From contig CAWFMJ010000027.1 of assembly GCA_963816715.1 (NCBI GenBank), positions 43,173 to 75,172 on the forward strand: DNA of 32,000 nucleotides. Reading direction: 5' to 3'. Positions 8,248-17,558 of the stretch are shown one piece after another. Position numbers and translations under genes: made by a program. Source of the DNA: an uncultured delta proteobacterium. Its GTDB lineage: Bacteria > Desulfobacterota > Syntrophorhabdia > Syntrophorhabdales > WCHB1-27. The notes under the pieces were generated by a model that saw only the letters and a program-made list of their open reading frames with translations, did no database searches and was not told the origin of the DNA. Positions within the stretch are counted from its first letter, which is position 1; each line of letters starts with the position of its first letter.

Positions 8248-10857
8248 TCAGGTTGGATTTGACGCGTCATTTTCCCATCGCTCCCACATCCCCCATAGCG
8301 CCGTCTCGAGATGGCGGGCAAAGCGTGGGGCGTCGAAGAGAGGGGAGGCGAGAACCCGGGCGCGCATCGATGACCTCAGCTCGGCCAAACGAGTCAGGTC
8401 ATCGATGCAGGAAACGGCTTTCCTCACATACTCCTCGTCGCTGTCCGCTATCCATTCCGAAAGTCCCGCATTGTGGGCGATGCTTTCGCCTAGGTGCGAA
8501 AGAAAGCGGTCCCCCCGCCGAACAACGGCAGGAATTCCCATCCACAGCCCTTCGACGCTCGTGGTCCCGCCGGGATAGGGAAAGGGACTCAGGATGACGT
8601 CAACGCGATGGTAGGCTTCGAGCATCTGCGGCCGCAGCGAGTAACCTTCGAGGAGAAGCCGGTCGACGGAGACGCCGCAGGCTGCAAAGCGCTCGACCAG
8701 GGCGTCGCGGACGGTGAAATCGTTAAGCTGTTTGGCCTTCAGAAAGAGCCGCGAACGGGGCGTCGCCTCGAGAATCTTCGCCCACAGCGAGATAAGTGGG
8801 GCGTTGATCTTGGCGAGGTTGTTGAAGCTGCCGAAGGTGAAGACACCCGAAGAAAGCGCAGGCAGCGGTCCGACATCAGGAGAAACATCGGGCGGGGCGA
8901 AGCAAAGGTACGTTTCCGGCAAACGCCATACTGCCTCCGTGAAATGGCCCTCTTCTCCGGGGGGCGTCACCCGGGGATCGCCGAGAATGTAGTCCATCGC
9001 CGCAAGGCCCGTAGAGGCGAAGTAGCCGGGCCAGGTCGCCTGGACGGGCGCCGGTCTTCGGACAAACAAAGGCAATCTGTTCTTGGCGGTGTGGCCGGAG
9101 CAGTCGAGGAGCAGATGGACGCCGTCCGCGTGGATCGTCCCCGCAGCCTCTTTATCGTTCAAGCCGCCGAGCAATTTCCAGGAGGAGAAATACGGTTTTA
9201 TGCGGGCGGTCAGCTCATCCTCCAGCGGGTCGACGGGATAGGCGATCAGTTCCATGCGCGACCGGTCAATCTCGGCGAGAGCCCTTTCAAGGATGTAGCC
9301 GACGGGATGACTGTGGAAGTCTCCCGAGACGAGTCCCACACGGAGGCGTTTCGGCCGTCGGGCGCACAGCCAGGAGGAAAAAGGCGTCGTTTTCTTCCCC
9401 GCAACCTCTCCGTACCTTCTCGCTTCATTCAAATACTCCCGAGGCGGTAGGTCCGGAACGTAGCCCAGGGCGAACAGCAGATTGCTGCGACAGTCGAGGT
9501 AATCCGGCTTGATGGAGAGAGCGCGGCGGTAGCTGGCCACCGCTTCATCGAACCGGCCCTGTTCCCTGAGCGCATTGCCCAGATTGCTGTGGGCCCCGGC
9601 AAAATCCGGCTTGATGGAGAGAGCTTGCCGGTAGCAGCTTTCGGCCTCGGACAAACGACCCTGGTCCCAGAGGTCGACGCCCAGATTGTTGTACGTTCCG
9701 GCGGAATCGGGTTTGATGGAGAGGACGCGGCGATGGCACGCTTCGGCTTCGGGCAAGCGACCGCAGCTCCATAAGATGACCCCCAGGCTGTTGAGCGCTT
9801 CGACGTATTCCGGTTTGACGGCAAGAGCGCGGCGAAGGCAGGCCTCGGCTTCGACCGGCCGGCCGCGTTCCATGAAAAGGCTTCCCAGATTGTTGTACGC
9901 CTCGGCGAAATCCGGCTTAATCGAAAGGGCCTGCGTCAAAGAGGCTGCGGCCTCGGATAAACGGCCTTGACCGCGAAGAACCACGCCCAGGTTGTTATAT
10001 GCTTCAGCATAGTCCGGCTTGATCGAAAGCGCCTGCCGGTAATAGCCTTCCGCTTCCGGCGCACGGCCTTGCCTTTGAAGAACCATGCCGAGGTTCGTCA
10101 GTGTTTCGACATGATCCGGTTTGATCAAAAGAAACCGGCGGCAAACCTCTTCCGCCTCCACGAGTCGTCCCTGGTCGCGGAGGACGATTCCTAAATTGCT
10201 GAACGCTTCGATGTATTCCGGCTGAAGCAAAAGCGCTCGGCGCAGACATGCTTCGGCTTCGGACAACTGACCCCGGTCTCGCAGAACAACGCTCAGGTTG
10301 TTGTACGCTTCCCCGAAATCAGGCCTGATCGCAACCGCGCGGCTCAGGCAGGCCTCGGCCTCCGTGAGACGGCCGAGATCCCGGAGGATGACGCCGAGGT
10401 TGTTGTGCGCCTGGGCATAATCGGGCTTGATCGAGAGTGCCTGACGTTGACAGGCCTCTGCTTCCGTCAGGCGGCCTAAATCCCGCAACAGACTCCCCAA
10501 GTTGCTGTGCGCTTCAGCATAATCAGGCCTGATCGCGACGGCTTCACGATAGCAGCTTTCCGCTTCCGCACGACGGCCCTGCTCCCTCAACGCGTTGCCC
10601 AAATTGTTCCGCGCTTCCGGCGAGTCCGGTCTGATGGCGAGAGCCCGGCGAAAGCAGGCCTCGGCCTCGGCGAACCGGTGTTGGTTCCGCAAAACGACAG
10701 CCAAGTCGTTGCACGCCTCGAAACAATCCGGATCGATGTCGAGGAGTTGACGTAAACCCGCTTCAGCCTGAGAAAACCGGCTGGTTCTCCCGGAAACGTC
10801 TTGGGAGTCGTGCTTCGTCCCGTCGGGCGCCTGCTTCTCCAAATGCCGCTGTTTCAT
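8248..10857 (-). CDS. TPR-repeat O-GlcNAc transferase (OGT/SPINDLY-like) family protein
   Basis: Tandem 34-aa TPR units followed by HSHPVGYILER, DCSGHTAKNRLPLFVRRPAPVQATWPGYFASTG, FGSFNNLAKI and GGTTSVEGLWMGIPAVVRRGDRFLSHLGESI, typical of the OGT C-terminal catalytic region. Confidence 0.93.
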   Translation of the reverse strand: MKQRHLEKQAPDGTKHDSQDVSGRTSRFSQAEAGLRQLLDIDPDCFEACNDLAVVLRNQHRFAEAEACFRRALAIRPDSPEARNNLGNALREQGRRAEAESCYREAVAIRPDYAEAHSNLGSLLRDLGRLTEAEACQRQALSIKPDYAQAHNNLGVILRDLGRLTEAEACLSRAVAIRPDFGEAYNNLSVVLRDRGQLSEAEACLRRALLLQPEYIEAFSNLGIVLRDQGRLVEAEEVCRRFLLIKPDHVETLTNLGMVLQRQGRAPEAEGYYRQALSIKPDYAEAYNNLGVVLRGQGRLSEAAASLTQALSIKPDFAEAYNNLGSLFMERGRPVEAEACLRRALAVKPEYVEALNSLGVILWSCGRLPEAEACHRRVLSIKPDSAGTYNNLGVDLWDQGRLSEAESCYRQALSIKPDFAGAHSNLGNALREQGRFDEAVASYRRALSIKPDYLDCRSNLLFALGYVPDLPPREYLNEARRYGEVAGKKTTPFSSWLCARRPKRLRVGLVSGDFHSHPVGYILERALAEIDRSRMELIAYPVDPLEDELTARIKPYFSSWKLLGGLNDKEAAGTIHADGVHLLLDCSGHTAKNRLPLFVRRPAPVQATWPGYFASTGLAAMDYILGDPRVTPPGEEGHFTEAVWRLPETYLCFAPPDVSPDVGPLPALSSGVFTFGSFNNLAKINAPLISLWAKILEATPRSRLFLKAKQLNDFTVRDALVERFAACGVSVDRLLLEGYSLRPQMLEAYHRVDVILSPFPYPGGTTSVEGLWMGIPAVVRRGDRFLSHLGESIAHNAGLSEWIADSDEEYVRKAVSCIDDLTRLAELRSSMRARVLASPLFDAPRFARHLETALWGMWERWENDASNPT
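9508..10731 (-). repeat. Twelve contiguous 34-aa (102-nt) TPR units encoded within the OGT-like gene
   Basis: Hand-parsed register of 12 units of the form PDxxEAxxNLGxxLRxxGRxxEAExCxRxALxIx (codons 43 to 450), all exactly 34 aa, followed by a degenerate capping unit. Confidence 0.88.
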
Positions 10858-11323
10858 TCGGCCTGCCGAATTGGAGAGGGTGATGTGGAACTGGACCTTA
10901 TCGTCGTAACAAAGTCTCTCGAGGGACTGCGCCAGGGGGGGTCCCCATGAAGTCCTGGGCGTTGCCCCTGGCGGCCGATACTATCTCAATGTTTTCCGTA
11001 CCGCACACTGCCTTCATCCTCGCCGGTCCGACAGTCTTGCTGACGGAAAACCGCCCTTGCTGCTGTCGTCGCCGAGTGGCCCTCTCGGCTTACCAAACCG
11101 GCGTTCCCTCTGCCGTTCATTATCGGAGAAATCTCACGGGATTACAACAACTATTTTCACAGCTATTTTCATAAAACCCGCTTTCGTTTGTTGATAAAGC
11201 GGCGTAACGTTGTGTAATTCATCGAACAATTGCAAGAATTGTGGGATGTCGTTTCGCCGTTCACGCTTTTCCCGATTTGTGCGATAATAGGGAGCGTCAA
11301 ATTACCCGCGAAGGCAATCGGCA

Positions 11324-12157
11324 GTGAAAATAGGGTTCCATATCCCCATCGGAAAAGGCTTTGCCCATGCCCATCGGGAGGCAATGCATCTTGGCTGCGA
11401 GGCAGTCCAGATATTCCTGAAGAATCCCCGGTCATGGTCCGAAAAATCGTGGAGAGACGGAGACCGCGAAGTCTTCGGCCGCCTCTTCCGGGACATTCCG
11501 GCGGTCGCCCACCTCACTTACCTGCCCAACATCGCGCGCTCAGATGAAGAGCCGAAGAACCTCGCCGGCTTTTTGCATGAGGCGAAGCTTTGTGCCGAGC
11601 TGGGGATAAAAAGCGTGGTGGTCCACTGCGGGTCGAGACAGGACGTTGAAAAAGGCCTCGACGTGGCGGCGGGGAGCGTGGAGCAGGTTCTGGCCGCATA
11701 TCCCGTTTCCGTGCTTTTGGAAAATGCGGCCGGCCAGGGCAACGCCCTGGGGAAAACGCTGCGGGAGCTGACGGCATTGCGGGAGCGCGCGGGCAATCCG
11801 GAGCGGGTCGGCTTTTGTCTCGACACGGCCCATCTGTTCGCAGCAGGCTACGACGTCAGGAAGCCTGCGACATGGGACGAGATCGTGGGCGAGTTGGAAG
11901 AACGATCGGGTCCCGGCTGCATCCGGTTCTTTCACCTCAACGATTCGAAAACCGCGCTTGGGAGCCTGGTGGACAGGCACTGGCATATCGGCAAGGGGGA
12001 GATCGGCGACGAGTGCTTCCGTTTTCTCGTGAACGACAAAAGGTTTGCCCACCTTGGGGGCGTCATGGAAACCCCAAAGGTGGGCAAAATGGACGAAGAA
12101 AATATGAGAAAGATGAGGTCCCTACTTTCTCCGCTGGTGCCTCGTCCTTCTTCTTAG
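11324..12157 (+). CDS. nfo: Deoxyribonuclease IV / endonuclease IV family (AP endonuclease)
   Basis: MKIGFHIPIGKGF...AVQIFLKNPRSW, VVHCGSRQDVEKGLD, VLLENAAGQGN, VGFCLDTAHLFAAGYD, FFHLNDSKTALGSLVDRHWHIGKGEIG. Confidence 0.93.
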   Translation: MKIGFHIPIGKGFAHAHREAMHLGCEAVQIFLKNPRSWSEKSWRDGDREVFGRLFRDIPAVAHLTYLPNIARSDEEPKNLAGFLHEAKLCAELGIKSVVVHCGSRQDVEKGLDVAAGSVEQVLAAYPVSVLLENAAGQGNALGKTLRELTALRERAGNPERVGFCLDTAHLFAAGYDVRKPATWDEIVGELEERSGPGCIRFFHLNDSKTALGSLVDRHWHIGKGEIGDECFRFLVNDKRFAHLGGVMETPKVGKMDEENMRKMRSLLSPLVPRPSS

Positions 12158-12372
12158 CTTCCGGTACTTATGCTTCCGCATTTTCTTCTTTCTCCACTTT
12201 ACGACGCTGCCCATCCTTCACCTCATTATTTGAATGGAAAAATGACCCTTAAATACGATTGGGAGTCACGGACTCCTATAACATACCGTTCATCCGCCTT
12301 TTTTTCAAGAAGATAATGAATATACCCTCTTCGCAACGCCTCTCAGGCCTCCTCCTCAGCGACAAACAAGCG

Positions 12373-13200
12373 CTAAATGGATAGCGAAGAGAACAGGTCC
12401 AGGACGGCCCTGTTCCAGCCCGCCGGCCCGACGCCCGTCGCCTCGGCGAACCCCCTGCCTTCCAGGCGAGGGTCGTAAGTTCCGTCGGGTCTTCGAACGA
12501 CGATGGGATAGTCGACGCTCTCCAGCATGGAAAGATCGTTCGGACCGTCGCCCAGGGCGGCAAAAACGACCCTCTCGCCGGCGCTCGCTTTCTCGAAGAG
12601 GTCTTTGAAGACGGCGACCGCCCTTCCCTTGTTGTTGTCGCTCATGAGGTGGGATAAGACCCTGCCCTCGGACACGGCAAAGCCCATCTCTTCAATGGCC
12701 CTCACAATCTCTTTTCGGCGGTCCGCGTCCTTTTCCATGAGGAACGGCTCATCGAATTCCCGTTCTTTCGCCATCACTGCCTCGTTGAGCGGAAGAGCCG
12801 TCAGCCCGGCAACCTCCTCCGCCGACATATCGCCGAAACCGGTGACGGCGAAGCCCCGTGAGCGCAACGAGAGAATCACTTCCCGAAGCCGCCCATAGGG
12901 CGCGCCGAGGCTGATGACCTCGAACCGGCATGCCAAGGAGGCATCCGATGAAAACCGACCGCCCGAAGCGTCGAAATACCCTTTCGGCACAAAGACGCCC
13001 CCGCCGTTCTCGGAAGAGAAGGGATCGTCGTTGCGGAGCTTTTTCCTGTAGTAGCCTATTTCACGACGGGTTTTGCTCGAGCAGATCACGCAGGGAACCC
13101 GCGCTCGGGCCACCCGGTCGAGGGCAGGCAGCGCCGCCTCAAAAGAATAAGCTCCGTCAAGCAGAGTACCGTCAAGGTCGGTGAAGATGACGAGGGGCAT
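12373..13200 (-). CDS. HAD-family mannosyl-3-phosphoglycerate phosphatase-like protein
   Basis: VIFTDLDGTLLDG, VICSSKTRREI, SENGGGVFVP, FAALGDGPNDLSMLESVDYPIVVRRPDG. The ORF track starts at 13227; the ATG at 13200 (MPLVIFTDLDGT) puts the HAD motif at the N-terminus and is the more likely start. Confidence 0.88.
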   Translation of the reverse strand: MPLVIFTDLDGTLLDGAYSFEAALPALDRVARARVPCVICSSKTRREIGYYRKKLRNDDPFSSENGGGVFVPKGYFDASGGRFSSDASLACRFEVISLGAPYGRLREVILSLRSRGFAVTGFGDMSAEEVAGLTALPLNEAVMAKEREFDEPFLMEKDADRRKEIVRAIEEMGFAVSEGRVLSHLMSDNNKGRAVAVFKDLFEKASAGERVVFAALGDGPNDLSMLESVDYPIVVRRPDGTYDPRLEGRGFAEATGVGPAGWNRAVLDLFSSLSI

Positions 13201-13409
13201 CAGGAATAAGAATAAGGCAGCCCACATCAGCGAGCAAGGTTAAAGGCTGCTGAAAAACACCTTCAACGTGGTGCGATCCGGTGAGACGAAGACCTCTTTT
13301 CCCTCCGGGTTGACAACAATTTGTGCGGACCTATGTTATTACAAGTGAAGAAGGGCTTTCCCTGGTGGTTGCCCTTGCAGGGTGGCAAAGGCGATAAAAG
13401 GAGGAAATC

Positions 13410-14441
13410 GTGGCAAGAGAAACAATCGGGGATGAAGGGAAGAGAGTGAGTCCGGCCGAGACGGCTCTGGCCGGCCGCATCGGTAGCGAGCCCGAGGCCC
13501 GGGAGGCGGTGGGGCCGTTCAAAGGCGTCGGGCCGAAGGGCTACGCGCGCAGCGACGCCGGGATACGGGATGAGGTTTCCGAGCGACTCATGGAGAACGG
13601 CAACATTGATGCAAGCGACATCGAGGTGAGTGTCCTGAATGCAGATGTTATCCTGACGGGCAGCGTAAGGACTGATGACGAGAGGCGCTCCGCCGAGAGG
13701 ATGGCTTTGCTGGTCCGCGGCGTCCAAAACGTGACGAATAGGCTCCAGGTAAAGCGAGACCGGGCGGCCGGAGAAACCGCGGCAACAGCGCCGGCCGGGG
13801 CAACGCCGGCCGGGGCAGTGGGACAACCGGAACGGCGAGGCCGGGCGGAAGGAACGCGGAAGGTGGGGAGGGCAAATATCGCGGTCTTCGGTATTTACCG
13901 GGACCGGTCGGCGGCGGAAGGAGCAGTCGAAGCCCTCAAGACAGCCGGCTTCCGCAACACGGACCTATCGATCCTCTTTTCGGAAAACGCCGGGACAAAG
14001 GACTTTGCCTTCGACAAGGCGACGAAGGCGCCCGAAGGAGTGGTTGTCGGCGCGGGATCGGGAATAGTCGTCGGCGGTATCCTCGGCTGGCTCGCAAGTA
14101 TCGGCCTCCTTGCCGTGCCCGGCATAGGGCCTTTCCTGGCAGCGGGACCTATCGTTTCGGTTCTGGCGGGAATGGGCCTGGCTGGCACGGTCGGCGGCAT
14201 TGCCGGAGCCCTCGCCGGCATGGGCATGCCCGAATACGAGGCAAAGAGATATGAAGGGCGGGTAAAGAGAGGACACGTGCTGATCTCGGTCCACGCGGAC
14301 GATAGGATATGGGCCGACAGGGCGGAAAAGGTCCTCGACCGTACGGGTGGCGAGGACATCTCCAGGACTGGCGAGAAATCGGCCGACTTCGGGGCCACGA
14401 ACAAGCCGCTGCCGAGGGGGGAAGAGTACCGAGAGGACTAA
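13410..14441 (+). CDS. BON-domain protein fused to a glycine-rich hydrophobic (general-stress-protein-like) domain
   Basis: GTG start preceded by AAAGGAGG. BON-like segment DAGIRDEVSERLMENGNIDASDIEVSVLNADVILTGSVRTDDERRSAERMALLVRGVQNVTNRL, an Ala/Pro-rich linker, then AVFGIYRDRSAAEGAVEALKTAGFRNTDLSIL with long Gly/Ala hydrophobic stretches. Confidence 0.8.
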   Translation: MARETIGDEGKRVSPAETALAGRIGSEPEAREAVGPFKGVGPKGYARSDAGIRDEVSERLMENGNIDASDIEVSVLNADVILTGSVRTDDERRSAERMALLVRGVQNVTNRLQVKRDRAAGETAATAPAGATPAGAVGQPERRGRAEGTRKVGRANIAVFGIYRDRSAAEGAVEALKTAGFRNTDLSILFSENAGTKDFAFDKATKAPEGVVVGAGSGIVVGGILGWLASIGLLAVPGIGPFLAAGPIVSVLAGMGLAGTVGGIAGALAGMGMPEYEAKRYEGRVKRGHVLISVHADDRIWADRAEKVLDRTGGEDISRTGEKSADFGATNKPLPRGEEYRED

Positions 14442-14506
14442 AGGCAGCCTGAGTCGCCAGACCCTGCGGGTCATCGATTGCGAACTGCCGCTCCCGAGTC
14501 TCTCGC

Positions 14507-15388
14507 CTATTTTTTGCTTCCCTCCGTTCCTCCCGATTGGCGGCCCATCTTGCTCAAGTCCAGAAATGGGACGGCGCCGCCGGAGACTTGGGGCAAGGCG
14601 CCGTTCCATTTCTCTATGCCTTTGTACTGCACGAGGATGGGGCTGATCGAGTGCGACAGGGCATCATTGGCCTTCGCCTGCCCCTGGGCTACCACGAGAA
14701 TTGATTCGGCCTCGCCTTTTGCCGTGGCAACCTTTTGCTGGGCCTCGACATCGCGCTGGGCCAGGACCTGTTTCTGGGTTTCCACCTGCTGTTGGGCCAC
14801 CTGTTTGGCCTCGATAGCGCCTTCATATTCGGGAGAGAAACGGATGCTGGCAAAGTAAATGTCGTCGACGATGATGTGGTATCTCGACAGGTTATCCCCT
14901 AATTTTGTCATCGCCCTTCTCCGGATCTCCTCCCTCTTGGGAAGAATCTCCCCGATCGGGTAGGTCGGCACTACTTCCTTGACGAAGTCGTTGAAGGCCG
15001 GGTCGATCACCTTGTCCGCGAAGTCGAGTCCGACTTTCTGGTAAAGATCGTTGACATACGACGGATCGATGTGAAAGTTCATCATTCCCGTCATTTTCAC
15101 CATCTGGTACTCTTTGGAAGAGGCATCGATTTCCTTGAAGGGATGCGGCTGCACCTTTACATCGACCTTGATGACGCTTTCGGCAAGGGGCGTTTTGAAG
15201 TTGAGGCCCTCTCCCATGATCCTCCTCTCTACGCTCCCCCACAAAAGCACCACGCCCCTGTGGCCGGCCGGAACGATCACAAACGTACCCCAAGCAATGA
15301 TCAGGATGATGAGGACCACAACCAGCATTCCAATAGTGCGCAGGTTCGGGAATCTGAATTCAGCGACATCTTCGTCTTTTTCCGGCAT
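14507..15388 (-). CDS. SPFH/band-7 (prohibitin-like) membrane protein
   Basis: N-terminal TM segment (MLVVVLIILIIAWGTFVIV), PAGHRGVVLLWGSV, YFASIRFSPEYEGAIEAKQVAQQQVETQ, ATAKGEAES. Start revised from 15430 to the ATG at 15388, preceded by GGAGAACGAACG. Confidence 0.88.
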   Translation of the reverse strand: MPEKDEDVAEFRFPNLRTIGMLVVVLIILIIAWGTFVIVPAGHRGVVLLWGSVERRIMGEGLNFKTPLAESVIKVDVKVQPHPFKEIDASSKEYQMVKMTGMMNFHIDPSYVNDLYQKVGLDFADKVIDPAFNDFVKEVVPTYPIGEILPKREEIRRRAMTKLGDNLSRYHIIVDDIYFASIRFSPEYEGAIEAKQVAQQQVETQKQVLAQRDVEAQQKVATAKGEAESILVVAQGQAKANDALSHSISPILVQYKGIEKWNGALPQVSGGAVPFLDLSKMGRQSGGTEGSKK

Positions 15389-15696
15389 CGTTCGTTCTCC
15401 TTGTCGGGCATCCTGCCCGAAATGACGCAACTGCCTCAGAGCTAAAAAGCCGGGCTTCCCAAAGGGCTATCCTTAGGCATCTCGGCCCTCTTCTCAGAGG
15501 GTTTGCCCTTTTCTGACTCACCGTTCACCCTGAGTCTATCAAATACGGCGCCCTTGTCAAGCATCTCATTAAAGTCATTCGGGTATAAATGCCTTGACGG
15601 CGGTAGAGTCTTCGTGGGGCGCGCCAGGCAAGCCTACCGACACAGCGCATGGATTCTGAACAACAGAAGGTGCTACAATGAAGCGGTCTGGCTTCA

Positions 15697-16824
15697 TTGG
15701 CCTTCCCGAAACCCGCGGAGGAGTTTTTGACACGACGCAGTTTTATGATGAACCTGCTCGCCTGGGCCAAAATGATCGCTTTGGCGGGTCTTTTCCCAGG
15801 CGCCTTTCTCCGGGTTGTCCGCGCGTCGGAGAGGTCGGAGCCAGTCAGCGCCGGGGCCGAAGGTCTGAGTCTCCGGGAGATCGCGCGACAGAAGATTCAT
15901 CATGGGCACGGCCGTTTCAAGAACCCCTTCGGCAAAACCGCCTCCGGGAGCCCTTGGGAACTGATAAAGTGGAAAGTTCTTTCGGTGAATCGGTTCAAGT
16001 CTCAATACGTTCAAGAGCGCGTTTCACCCGTTTCTCCGGATTGGAAAGCCATCGACGGCAACAGGGGACTCTCCGCGACGTTTCTCAAACACGCCGGCGT
16101 CCTGATCAAGGACCTGGACGACCACATCCTGGTCGATCCCATCTTCTGGAGCGTCTCACGGTACGTCAAGGACTTCACGCCCCTTGCCTTCGACGTCAAG
16201 AAACTGCCCGCGCCGCAGCACATCCTCGTGACCCATGGTCACTACGATCACCTGGACGTTCCGACCCTTTCTTCCTTCAGGAAAGACACCCACGTGATAA
16301 CGCCCCTTGGATACGATGGCGTCTTTGGCAGCCTTGGAATGAACCGACGCACCCGGCTCGACTGGTTCGATTCTTTTAAAGAGGATGGACGGGAAATCAT
16401 GCTGCTTCCGTGCAACCACTGGACCATGAGAAACCCGCTGGAAGGGCCTAACCGGTCTCTCTGGGGATCATACCTGATAAAGACCGCTGCCGGCCCCACG
16501 ATCTATGTCTCCGGCGACACGGCCTGCTTTCATGGGTTTTACGAAATCGGAAAGGAATTCGCCATAGATCTGGCGATCATCAATCTGGGAGCCTATGAGC
16601 CCCGTTGGATGATGGCTGCTCATCACATGAATCCGGCCGAGACGGTGAGGGCTTTCAAAGAACTAGGCGCCAAGAGACTCATGATTGTTCATTGGGGGAC
16701 ATTTCGCCTTGGGGACGAACCCGTCTATCTGCCGCCGATCGAGCTACAACGGGAACTAAAAAAAGAAGGCCTTTTGTCCCGCTTCGTGTCGCTCGAACAC
16801 GGAAGAACCCTCTTTCTGAAGTGA
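15697..16824 (+). CDS. MBL-fold hydrolase of the NAPE-PLD/UlaG-like type
   Basis: LKHAGVLIKDLDDHILVDPIFW, VTHGHYDHLDVPTL, LLPCNHWTMR, GSYLIKTAAGPTIYVSGDTACF, AAHHMNPAETVRAFKELGAKRLMIVHWGTFRLGDEP. The first ATG region may not be the true start. Confidence 0.88.
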   Translation: MAFPKPAEEFLTRRSFMMNLLAWAKMIALAGLFPGAFLRVVRASERSEPVSAGAEGLSLREIARQKIHHGHGRFKNPFGKTASGSPWELIKWKVLSVNRFKSQYVQERVSPVSPDWKAIDGNRGLSATFLKHAGVLIKDLDDHILVDPIFWSVSRYVKDFTPLAFDVKKLPAPQHILVTHGHYDHLDVPTLSSFRKDTHVITPLGYDGVFGSLGMNRRTRLDWFDSFKEDGREIMLLPCNHWTMRNPLEGPNRSLWGSYLIKTAAGPTIYVSGDTACFHGFYEIGKEFAIDLAIINLGAYEPRWMMAAHHMNPAETVRAFKELGAKRLMIVHWGTFRLGDEPVYLPPIELQRELKKEGLLSRFVSLEHGRTLFLK

Positions 16825-16919
16825 CGCTTCGCCGGTCGGCATCGTCGTCGCGCACCGTTGGGCCTCCCGGTCTTTCGATTCTCCTTAGTCGCAGCCCGGA
16901 CCTTTTTGCGCCATTTGGC

Positions 16920-16960
16920 TTGTTTTTTGCAAAATTTAGTGCTATAGTACTGTATACAGT
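16920..16960 (+). promoter_or_regulatory. Candidate sigma-70-like promoter abutting a 12-nt palindrome
   Basis: TTGTTT (16920-16925), 17-nt spacer, TATAGT (16943-16948), immediately followed by the perfect palindrome ACTGTATACAGT (16949-16960). Confidence 0.3.
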
Positions 16961-17216
16961 TAGCGTATACGAGAAAGAGCATCGCCGTCGTCGATTTGCG
17001 CATAGGAAGCGGGCCGTCTTCGAGTAAAAACCTGTTGATTTTCTGATTCCCCCTCGCTCAGTCAAAGCTCCGTTTTCCGTTACCATTCGCGACTCGACAC
17101 TGTCTTTCAAAGCGATATTGCAGCCGGATGGACGCACAACCAACGGAGCGCGAAATCGCCGCTTTGGGGGCCGGCGCCGTGAGGTCGATGACGGCCAGGA
17201 AAGGGAGGAACCTTCT

Positions 17217-17393
17217 ATGGCAGAGAAGCTTGGCATCAAAAGAACGCTCCTCAAAAAAGACGTCGAAGAGTTACAGGAAGAACTGGACATCGCAACGGCG
17301 TTCGGGGAAGCTGAGAACGTGAGAAAATTCAGGATTCGACTTCTCTATCTCGGCGTAAAAGGTCGCGTTGACGCGAAAACGCTGGTCAAATAA
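17217..17393 (+). CDS. Small hypothetical protein (58 aa)
   Basis: ATG at 17217 preceded by AAGGGAGGAA. Product MAEKLGIKRTLLKKDVEELQEELDIATAFGEAENVRKFRIRLLYLGVKGRVDAKTLVK is charged and helical, unlike the Arg/Pro-rich shadow ORFs of this window. Confidence 0.55.
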   Translation: MAEKLGIKRTLLKKDVEELQEELDIATAFGEAENVRKFRIRLLYLGVKGRVDAKTLVK

Positions 17394-17558
17394 GTCAGTC
17401 GAAACTTACAATTCAAGGCTCCTTTTCGAGGCGCTCGATACCCGGGCGACACTCAGACGCTTTTTCCGGGACGCGCGAGGGTACCCGCTACCCGAGCAAA
17501 AACTGGAAGCCTGATTCATCCCGGGGGCGATGGCTGCTGCCTTCAGGGTGTGTTACGA

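Noticed and set aside
9508-10731. Regular 102-nt periodicity that could be mistaken for a tandem or CRISPR-like repeat array
   Set aside because: Fully explained by in-frame 34-aa TPR units within one ORF; there are no spacer-repeat boundaries.
15678-16379. 233-aa plus-strand ORF overlapping the MBL-fold gene
   Set aside because: The alternative frame is low-quality and Arg/Ser/Pro-rich, while the overlapping frame contains THGHYDHLD and other MBL motifs.
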